Of a stretch of DNA of 64,000 nucleotides, positions 1 to 9,790 are shown in pieces. A program made the translations under genes and the position numbers. The stretch lies in contig NW_025964212.1 of assembly GCF_023055435.1 (NCBI RefSeq), forward strand, positions 1,922,001 to 1,986,000, read 5' to 3'. This stretch comes from Haliotis rufescens (taxonomy: Eukaryota). Position 1 is the first letter of the stretch. Each line of letters opens with the position of its first letter. The notes under the pieces are model-generated. The model was not told where the DNA came from and did no database searches. It saw only the letters and a list, made by a program, of their open reading frames with translations.

Positions 1-202
1 AAACAACAAACAAGCATAGTCGACATTTGCGGCAAGCATGGGCTGCTGAAGACATATTCTACCCCGGACCTTCACGGGTCAAAATAACATAATACCAACA
101 ATAATAACAAAGCCAACTCAACTCCTGGTCATCTTTCGCGACCACAGATTACAGTACTACAGCCACGAACAGGTACATATATGTATCCTCTGTGTGTTTC
201 AG

Positions 203-3200
203 CCGTCAGATTGTTTTGGTGCACGGGATCCCCTAGAGGTCCTTGTATCGCTAGGCGGCTACAGAACAGAACCCCCCAACACCGTCTACACAATCCTCGT
301 CAAGGAATACGGCGATGTAGGGAATGGTTGTCAGTCGACAGGACGAGTCTTCAGGGCTAGAGATAATCCAAGGTCAGTCTTATTCTACGACACAGTGCTC
401 TATTACCAGTCCAGCGCGATCGAGCAATTCCATCTAATGATATTTTTTCAGCAAATGTAAAGCTTATATTAACAACAAACATGAAGGAAGGCAATTTAAG
501 ATAGCAACACGCTATTGATGCTCCTAATATATTCTATGGCGTAGGATTGACATAAGCATTGCGTTGTGTTCAGCTTACTGTGAGTGAGTATGGCTTAACG
601 CCGCTTTTAGCAATATTCCGGCAATATCACGGCGGGGGACACCGGAAATGGGCTTCACACATTGTACCCATGTCGGGAATCGAACCCAGGTCTGCGACGA
701 GAGAACGCTTTAACCACTAAGCTACCCGACCGCCCCTTCAGCTTACAATGCCCACCATGTGCCAGTGTTGTATTGACGCATGTGTCGAAAGTGTGTTGAT
801 GTCTTGATGAATAGATTGTTTGTTTGTTGTTTGTAGTTGTTCTTGTTGTTGGTTGTTTGTTGGTTGTGTCTTTGTTTGCCTGTTGTTTGACGCCCCACTC
901 AGCAATATTTCAGCTATATGAAGGCGATAAATAATCGCGTCTGGACCAGACAGTCCAATGATTGACATCATGAGCATCTATCCACGCAATTGGGATAAAA
1001 TGACATGCATCAACCAAGTCAGCGGCTTGACCACCTGATCCGTTAGTCGTCCCTTACAAGCATGGTCGCCTTTTACGACAAGCATGGGTTGCTGAAGACC
1101 TATTCTACCCCGGATCTTCACGGGTCTATTGAACAGACTGACAGGGACGGTTTGTGAACCTTGAGTCTTCACATTAATCAAGCATCATCTGTGTTGCTGT
1201 TGATGTATAAAACTCAAACGAAGTTGGATAAAACCCGATTGTTCATATGACTATAGTTAATCTGTCATGGCTGGTAGCAGCCTTCTAATTGTGAGTGTTC
1301 TATAACTTGTTTTGGGGAGTTAATATGTGTACGGGACCGCCTTCGTGCACGTGGTCTAGTGACGCGGGCTCGAGGTCAGTATACTGTGTCTGAGTAGGGT
1401 ATTCTTGTTAAACTGCGGCATGGTATCTCAGTGTGCTAGCACTATAAATCGGCATCAGTCNNNNNNNNNNNNNNNNNNNNNNNNNNNNNNNNNNNNNNNN
1501 NNNNNNNNNNNNNNNNNNNNNNNNNNNNNNNNNNNNNNNNNNNNNNNNNNNNNNNNNNNNNNNNNNNNNNNNNNNNNNNNNNNNNNNNNNNNNNNNNNGC
1601 AATAATCTTGGATGCGACGTATATGTGTACATCTGGGGTATCAATTTGAACTATTTGCTGAACATACTCAGTAAAACTAGTAACTTATCACAGCATGAAA
1701 GGCTCTGTACGCGGATATTTGGCTCAGCAACATGGCTTACAATGCACTGCCAGTTTAACCAAATTGAATTATCAATAACTGGCATTCTTCATTGTATTTG
1801 AGTAAATCAGTGAAATCATCATCATGTTAAAAAATATTGTTGTTGATTACTGATATAGTTACAGTTTTTTCTTACTTTTTAGCCAACTTCTAGAATGCCA
1901 ATCAAACAGTTAGATATAGTTACTGATTACTTAGGCGATTACAATCAAACGTAGCAGCGTTACCAGTTATACTGTCTATATAAGAATTTCTACACGTCTC
2001 TATTTTCAGGAAAGATGGTAAACCTGTGCATGCGCGGCGTAGGAGGCGGAGAATGGCAAAGAATGTGTATGGATTTTGTAGCTCGCTTAAGAATGCCCTT
2101 CTTAATGTCGTTTTGTTACGCTGTTTGTAAGGTGATGCTTGGCGCTTTTAACCGATGCTTGCTTATGCTTGCCGCTGTTTACCGGTGCTTGCTGATACTT
2201 GCAGCTATATAACGGTACTTACCGATGCTTGCTGGTGCTTGTTTGCACGATGCTTGCTGATGCTTTTTGATTTAAAACGTTGCTTACTACATATGCATAC
2301 CGTAGCTTGCTAATGCTCGTCGCTGTTTGCCGGAAGCTTGTTGATACTTGCTGCTGTTTACCAGTGCTTCTTGATGCTTGTCGATGCATACCGTAGCTTG
2401 CTGATGCTTGCCGCTGTTCACCGGTGCTTGTTGATCCTTGCCGATGCATACCGAAGCTTGCTGGTGCTTGTCGCTGTATACAGGTGCTTGCTGATGCTTG
2501 CCGTCGTTTACCGGTGCTTGCTGATGCTTGCCGTCGTTTACCGGTGCTTGTTGATGCTAGCTGTCGTTTACCGGTGCTTGTTGATGCTTACCATAGTTTA
2601 CCGGGGCTTGTTGATGCTTGCCGCCGTTAATGGTGCTCGTTGATGCTTGCCGCTTTTTACCAGTGTTTCTTTATGCTTTACGCTTTATACCGGTGGCTGC
2701 TGATGTTGACGCTCTTTATCGCTGCTTGCCGCTGCTGGCGACCTCTCTCGCAATGCATATGCTTCATGCAAAGGAATAACGAAATATCATGCTTATCATA
2801 CCGAGTATTTAAAGTCATTCCTTCATGAATTTTCAACAAGACATTTATACTCTGTGGTGTAACAGTTTCGTTCAAAATTTATATTATAAATTATCATTAT
2901 TATGTTGTTATTGTCATTCAGTAGAACTCGTGACGTTGTCCTGCTGTAAAAGTGACGTCGATGAATTTAACCAACAGTATATGGGTATCTTTCTGAAATT
3001 TACAGCAGTTACAAAACAAGTATATATTTTAAATGAGCATCGTCATGATGACGGTATCATATAGCCTTAATTCCTACGGACTATCTTGATATAATAGTGA
3101 CAGTGTATTGCATGCCCCGTATTTCCCTACCATATACAGTAAAATACGGTTATAACGAACTCAAAGGGACCACTAATTGTAGTTCGTTATAAACGTAGTT

Positions 3201-6200
3201 CATGTTGAGCATATATACAGCATATATACAGCAAATGGCCTGGACTAAGAAATAAGTTATATCGGTCGGTTCGTTATAAGCGTGTTCGTTATAAAAGTAA
3301 TTTACTGTACATATTGTCTATACAAATGGGTTAATTCAGTTTCAATCCCTGTAACTACTATTAATGATGAACACTCAATGTCATTGAATCCCGGGATTCG
3401 AACCCACAGGCACACAGAGTCAGCCATCTAATCCACTCAGCCACCGAGGCTTCCACAAAATGAAGTCCAGATAATGTACTTTGTGTACCAATCGGACAAG
3501 CGTAAATTGGCACGGCTCCCATGGCCAAAAGTTATGAACACACAAGGTCATTTAGAAAGTGGTCAAATGTAGCAAATGTATATTTGGAATAACACTTTCT
3601 TCGTAAAGTTTGTACCCCTCTGACAATGTACACTTGTCGGAGGGATACACAAAGTATGTGATCTAGACTACCAGTTGTCGGAATTTCATTTTGATGGTAA
3701 GATGGCTGACTATATGAGCTGGCGATTAGGTGCCTCACCCTGACAGTGTGTGTTCGAATCCCGAATGGGACTAAGCTAAAAAAATACTATAATCTGTACT
3801 TCACTAAGAAAGTATTATCCTAAATATGACATTAATGATGTCAATTAAGACAAGGACATTATGAAGGTAAATGAATTATCTTTATTCCCAAGTAACTGTA
3901 TAAAATGGCTGATTTTGTTTTGTATAAATCACCCCTACATATAGTTGTTTAGTGTTTCCTTAAATGAGTTCCATGGCTAAAGTTCTGTAACTTTAAAGTT
4001 CTATATTTCCAGTTGAACAATTGGTCATATGTTAAATCGGGTCAGATCCGGTATTTAAGTAGTGATAAACCAAATGCCTCAGGGGTGTCCTAGGTCAGGA
4101 TAACACCCATGAAGATCCGAGTTGGAATCGTTCCTCAGCAACCCTCTTGTCGTAAGAGGCGACTAGCGGGATTGGGTGGTCAGGCTCGTTGACTTGGTTG
4201 ATGGATGTCATCGTTACCCAGCTCGAGGCTCATGATGTCAATCACTTGATTGTCTGGTCGAGAATCAATATTTACAGACCGCCGCCATATAGCTTGAGTG
4301 CGTTAAACTACAAACAATAGACTAGGTTAATGGCATCAGACGTGATGAACCAGATGCCTCTGAACCTACATACCATGGCCACGTCTACACTCACGTATTA
4401 GTTTTTGACGGTGGTTTTTTTCACTTCATGATTGCAAACCGCTGAAATAAGCATCAGCATCATTACTGCCATGAAGATGCGTATCCATGGGATTCCGGAG
4501 TAGAACAGATCCCCAGCATCCTGTGAATGGCGTACGACCCGTAAATGGATCCGTGGTCTGTTTCGGCAACCTGGATGCCGTTGTACAAAGCGATCTTAGC
4601 GCTGAGGGAATCGTGCTTCCCATACATTAAAATAGACTCACGACAGTCGTAGCGCTACAGCAGCTTGCGTGTCATCGTATTCCAATGGCATATTTAATAT
4701 ATGGTGTCTGACTCGGGTATTCTCAAATAGCTGGAATTGTGGATTATGAGGCGTTAAACAACACGCGAACAAACAAACATGTCTGCGATCAGTTTAATCA
4801 CCATTATATCATTTTCTTTCTAGTCCTACGGGTTTCCTGGCTACCTACAAGAATCCAACCAACCAGGCAATAAGGGCCATTAGTGCTGCCACGCTTGACG
4901 GCCAAAGTTCAATCATTGGACACACACTTGTGGTGGGTACATATTTTACTTTAATAATTTTCTTCATGACTACTGTCCTATGATTTGATTTTTGTTTGAA
5001 TTTAATTTTGGGTACTAAAAACCGTTTAATATTTTTATAATAATAATGAAATTGAGTTCAATGATAATGGTTCATATGACTGTCGAAAAAACTACAAAAT
5101 TACACTTTCCTTCTATATATCTATAAAAATCGTAAACATATCGGGGGCACGGGTGGCCCAGTCGTCTAAGGCGCCGCGATTCACTGTGCAGAGTTGCGTC
5201 CCTTGGGCACGCCAGAAACCTATGATTGTGGGTCCGAATCCCGGTTCGCCCAGATTGTGTTTCTTGGTTTGTCAGCACCATACCCGTGCTCGTGGGTTTC
5301 ACCGAAGTGGTAAACGTCTGAGACCTGCATCACTTGGGGCTTTCCTCCCACATTAAGCTGACACGCCACGATAGAACTGGAATACTGTTAAAAGCGGCGT
5401 TAAACCCAACTCACTCGCGTAAACATATCGAACACAGTTCATCACAAACAATGTTTGTTTGGTTGTTTGGTTGTTGTTCAGCGCCGCACTCAGCAATATT
5501 CCAGCTATATTAAGGCGGTCTGTAAATAATCGAGGCTGGACCAGACAATCCCATTAACATCGATCCACGCAATTGGAATACGATGACATGCATCAACCAA
5601 GTCAGGGAGTCTGGCAACCCGATCCCGTTAGTCCCCTCATGACAAGAGTGACCTCTTGGTTTGCTGAAAACCTATTCTTATCAGGATCTTCGCGGGTTCG
5701 TTTAACAATGAATACTTAGATCATATGTCATCTTTACTATCTGTTTTATATGTACTGAATACAGTGAATATTTTTGGGGGGTATTTTGTCCTCACTGAAA
5801 AAGTAACATCCCAATAGATATTCATGACCCCTAACTTTTTTTGTTCAGCATACTTGATTTTATCTTGCTCTTTGTCTTAACCTACAGGTAACTAGGGGTC
5901 CTAGCAACGACGTACTTGGATGCTGCGTGATTGGCATCTCTGATGGGTTACGATTTGCTGGCACGCCCAAATCACAGCCCGTTCGAGAAGCTCCTTTCGG
6001 CTTCGGGTCAACTTCTTCACAGCCAGTGAAGAGCAACAGTTTCTTTGAAACGCGCCATCCATTCCAAACTCATGCCGCTCAAAGTTTGCCCTTCAGTTCT
6101 CATGATGACCCTAAACCTGCGAGTCCTTCCTTCGGGTTTGACATTTCCTCTCTAGGAAACATCCATTCCCAACCATTTGGAGATCACCAGTTTGGTGGTG

Positions 6201-7684
6201 GTTTTGGGTCGAGCATTGCTGGACCGACCGGGTTGTCTCCCTCAATTTCCAACCTTAAGAAGCCCCCAACACCGCCAGCCTTCCCTGGGGGAATCCATGA
6301 CACGGATACCGGTTCCCCCCTGTTCGGACCTATTGGGGAAGATGCAAATAGAGTTAAAAATACCTTTGGTTTTGATCTCCATGACTTCACGTCACTATCC
6401 GATTCTGATAAATTTATCCCTCGCGATGGTGAGGAAACAGAAGGCCCTGGGTCTGATGGAGGAGATGCTGATCGTGGTCAGGGATATGATGGTAGAGATG
6501 CTGGTCAAGGTAACGGAGCTCGTGGAAATTATGATGAAGGTGGTGAGAGGCAGAGCGATTATGATGATGCAAGGGATGCTCAAAGATATAATCCTGCACG
6601 TAACCAAGATCGTTACGCTGAGGAAAGACCACGTGCTGCTCTTCATCAAGGCGACAACCAGGGTATATCACAAGGGAGTCCTGGTTCAGATGCTAGGAGC
6701 GATCGCGGACAAGATGAAGAATACACTAATGGTCCTGTTTCACCTCAAGCTGGAAGCTATCAACCTGAGAAACAAACAGCTGCTCCTTTAGACGATCTTA
6801 TCACTAGAGCTTCGACTGAATCCGCTGGTAGCAGTGTTAATGACCCACAGCCTAGCACTCAACAGGTTCCACAACAACCAAATGAAGCTAGCTATGCTAG
6901 AGCCACACCAGCTCATCATGCTGACCAACCATATGAAGAAGCTAATGCCAATGTCGTTCACGAACCGACACATCTTGAAAACACACCAGTGCTTCCTCGA
7001 TCTCCCAACAATAACCCAGGCCCAGTGTATGCAGCAATTGCTAAGGCTGTCGTTACAAATGCTGTCTCTCCGCCTGTTCCTCAAACTACCGATGTAACAG
7101 ATGCAACTGAATCTGTTCCTAAGAACGCCCCCGTTGTATCAGATCCGGTTCCGTTGCCAAACCCAACAATCCCAACTCCTAATGCACGTGTCATCACGGC
7201 AGACATTAATCCTGTTACCCCGTCTATCATTACAAAAGCCCCTGTACAATCAACCGGTTATCTAAACCCTGTTGGAAGCTCCCAATCTCAGACTGGATCC
7301 TACGAAGCTTCTCCATCCACAGTCCACAGGGATCAACCCACCAATGACTACTCATCCGACAGCTTCTCTCACAGAGGACACGCCGATGCCAGTCCCGTCC
7401 CAAAAGGATCTGATTCATCCTACACTGGTCCTCAGCCACAAGCAACTGCACCCCCAAATGCATTTGGAAGCAAGTCAGACTTTCACAGTAACCACTTTGA
7501 CCATCCCTCATCGTTTGGTCATGATAGAAATGCCTACGATGAAGCTCACCCTGACATCTCTCAAGACGTTGATGTCCCGAGTCAGGCATACGCTCCTGTC
7601 GAATCATCCCTCGACTCCTCTTCCCATGGAGGTGTCCCTAGGGACATTTACGATGTTCCAGCATCACAGCCCTTCCACGGCTAA
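203..7684 (+). CDS. Cu/Zn superoxide dismutase-fold protein (predicted catalytically inactive) with a long low-complexity C-terminal tail; 5'-partial, spliced
   Basis: Exons 203-372 (tttcag|CCG...CCAAG|gtcagt), probable 2010-2066, 4824-4932 (ttctag|T...CTTGTG|gtgggt), 5888-7684 (ctacag|GTA...TAA); intron phases are mutually consistent (0, 2, 2, 0). The translation contains ILVKEYGDVGNGCQSTG (cf. SOD FHVHEFGDxTNGCxSAG), LDGQSSIIGHTLV (cf. LSGxxSIIGRTLV) and VLGCCVIGI (cf. RLACGVIGI). AATAAA signals lie near 7912 and 8069. Confidence 0.85.
581..736 (-). mobile_element. tRNA-derived SINE family A (~165 bp)
   Basis: Head GGGGCGGTCGGGTAGC(C/T)TAGTGGTTAAAGCGTT...GGGTTCGATTCCC (Pol III A/B boxes), tail GGAATATTGCTAAAAGCGGCGT..(ACTC)n; many copies in the window. 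Confidence 0.8.
870..1126 (-). mobile_element. SINE-like family C (~265 bp, non-tRNA structured head)
   Basis: Consensus GACCCGTGAAGATCCGGGGTAGAATAGGTCTTCAGCAACCCATGCTTG..GTCGTAAGAGGCGACTAACGGGATC...GCTGGAATATTGCTGAGTGCGGCGTTAAAC(AAAC)n. More than 15 full or partial copies, e.g. 4105-4315, 5455-5697, 12507-12780, 15556-15778, 18436-18650, 26240-26476, 30030-30293, 33120-33388, 34165-34420, 41315-41570. Confidence 0.85.
2130..2740. repeat. 30-bp intronic minisatellite (CCGGTGCTTGCTGATGCTTGCCGTCGTTTA)n
   Basis: About 20 degenerate units; they generate the spurious RCLLMLAVVY ORFs. Confidence 0.9.
3137..3307. mobile_element. Tc1/mariner-pogo type MITE
   Basis: TA-flanked TIRs CAGTAAAATACGGTTATAACGAAC / GTTCGTTATAA..TTTACTG with internal TATAACGAAC subrepeats. 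Confidence 0.8.
5144..5417 (+). mobile_element. tRNA(Leu-like)-derived SINE family B (~275 bp) with TSD
   Basis: Head GGTGGCCCAGTCGTCTAAGGCGCC...GG(T/C)CGAATCCC, tail CTGGAATACTGTTAAAAGCGGCGTTAAA(ACTC)n; TSD CGTAAACATATCG (5131-5143 and 5418-5430). Confidence 0.85.
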
Positions 7685-8766
7685 GTCACACACCCTTACA
7701 CCACGCCTAGAAGTTTAGCGGCCGCATCCTTTATTTGAACGGTGATGTATCCAGTGACAAGGTAGCCTTTCAGTCTCACAACATTCATCTATATTGAATA
7801 ACAAACAAAGAACAAACGGAAATAATGAATGATCTTTATTTCTTTCGATGCCTGGTTACTTTCAAGTGTACGAATATTTGTGAGTAAATGTCATGTTAAT
7901 TTACCAATGGGAATAAACATATGACGCACATATATAGAATTAGAACATACAATACATGGTTCAAAGGATGAACCCGGCCAGCAGGTTATGGTTTGTAATA
8001 TGTTGCATAACTATCTTTACTGTGACATTTGTATACATCAATGTTTACAGTTTATTGTGATGTTGCAAAATAAAAAATGTGAAAATAAACTTCGGGTGTT
8101 TTGTTAAACTTGTGATACGTCATGTAAATACATGATCCGTTACCAGGATTGGGTGGTTTAATTACGTCCCTTGAAAAGAAAGTATACTCTTCAAATTTGA
8201 ATTTGACCACAAATAATAAATACAACCGTTATCAATACGCTACTGGGCTGAAAACAGCCTAAAAAACATTAAACACATTAGGCCTAAAACACTGTGACAT
8301 CAACACCAGACACATCACCATCGATTAACCGTTTCTTGTTTTTGTTTCATTTTTTAGCCACCATCAAACATGGGTGTATACTTCATTTTGCCCAGCAGTA
8401 AAAATAACAAAACATGACATGACAGATTAATTGTGGTACTATGAAAGAATCGGGTGTTCTTTAAATTCTTTTGAGTAGAATAATATTGAATATATATCAT
8501 CCACGGGAATAACGGATGCATCGTGATACAAGAAAACCAGAAACAATCTACTGACTTCAATAAACAAGTAATGTACACGTATCTGTCTGCATACGCAGCA
8601 CATAAGTGAGGAAACCAGCCCTCGTGCGAAAGAAAACAAAAACGTCCGGATGTCCGCTGGTCTTGTTTAAAAACATTTAACTTATTTTAGGATGACAGAT
8701 CGAACACCTTATTCATAAGTTAATAGAAAAATAGAACAAAATGGGTTAGTTCGCATTTTATTTGTA

Positions 8767-8927
8767 GGGGCGGGCGTGTAGCCTAGTGACTAAAGCGTTC
8801 GCTCGTCACGCCGAAGACCCGGGTTCAATTCACGACATGGGTACAATGTGAAGCCCATTCCTGGTATCCCCTGTGTTATTGCTGAAATATTGCTCAAAAC
8901 GGCGTAAAACCATACTCACTCACTCAC
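8767..8927 (+). mobile_element. SINE family A copy
   Basis: Same consensus as the other family A copies. Confidence 0.75.
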
Positions 8928-8939
8928 AATTCACATATT

Positions 8940-9320
8940 ATAACTGTATCAAGTGCATTTTTCCTACTCCGAATGCCTTTCACCAAGTGAATTTTCATGG
9001 CGCAACTTGACTATTACCCAGGTCAGTGGTTTAGTGTGCGCTCGGTTTTCATTCTCAGCTTCCTTGGGAGTATACAACCCAAGCTGCCGATGGTGGGTGA
9101 ACAGAGCCATGCGACGAACAAATTCACTTGCCTTAGGAGACTTCAGTGACTGTATGTGGTTCAGTGTGGGGCAGTGCCGGCACCCTAGAAACTCAACACG
9201 GTCACCCATCCAACGACTCTTCGCCACCTATGTTGGTCAACTTCTTCTGATTTTGGACCTGTGCGCTGTGCCCTTGACCACGTGCCACCGTCGATTTTAC
9301 TATAGAGACACGGCACATTA
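8940..9320 (-). mobile_element. Diverged 5S-rRNA-headed SINE (SINE3-like) with CORE/Deu-like body
   Basis: The minus strand has GAAGTTGACCAACATAGGTGGCGAAGAGTCGTTGGATGGGTGACCG (5S internal promoter A box to C box), followed by GTCTCCTAAGGCAAG and GGCAGCTTGGGTTGTATACTCCCAAGGAAGCTGAG. Confidence 0.55.
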
Positions 9321-9612
9321 ACATACAGCGAGTATGTTCACTGAGTTTGAACCCAAAACAAATTCCCTAAATTTCATTGAAACCTCTGATTGACCAATCA
9401 AAATCGAGTATATTCCCAATTCAAGGTCCAATTGATATTAGCCCCTAATTTTCGACGATTTGACCTTTAGTCTAGAATTTTCGACGCATTGGCGTTACAC
9501 TGTGGATTGACTTACACGACAGTTCGAATTGCGCAGTAATCAAAGTCATACTAGCAGACACCCTTTCGAAGATTTGGCTGTTGATAAATGTTCAGTTGAA
9601 AATTGTCACATA

Positions 9613-9786
9613 CAGTAAACTACGCATATAACGAACACGCTTAAAACGAACTGACGGATATAACGAACTGTTTTTTGGCCCCGTCCATTTGCTGTATATA
9701 TACTGTAAATGTGCTTATAACGAACTACGGTTATAACGAACTAAATTTAGTGACCCCTTTGAGTTCGTTATAACCGTAGTTTACTG
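9613..9786. mobile_element. Same MITE family, immediately after the receptor B stop codon (in its 3' UTR)
   Basis: TA-CAGTAAACTACG...CGTAGTTTACTG-TA. Confidence 0.8.
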
Positions 9787-9790
9787 TAAA

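Noticed and set aside
2338-2643. Hydrophobic repeat ORF (RCLLMLAVVY)n
   Set aside because: By-product of a 30-bp intronic minisatellite.
6177-7718. Alternative-frame and antisense ORFs over the long SOD-tail exon
   Set aside because: Shadow ORFs of the 585-aa frame, which is the one continuous with the SOD motifs.
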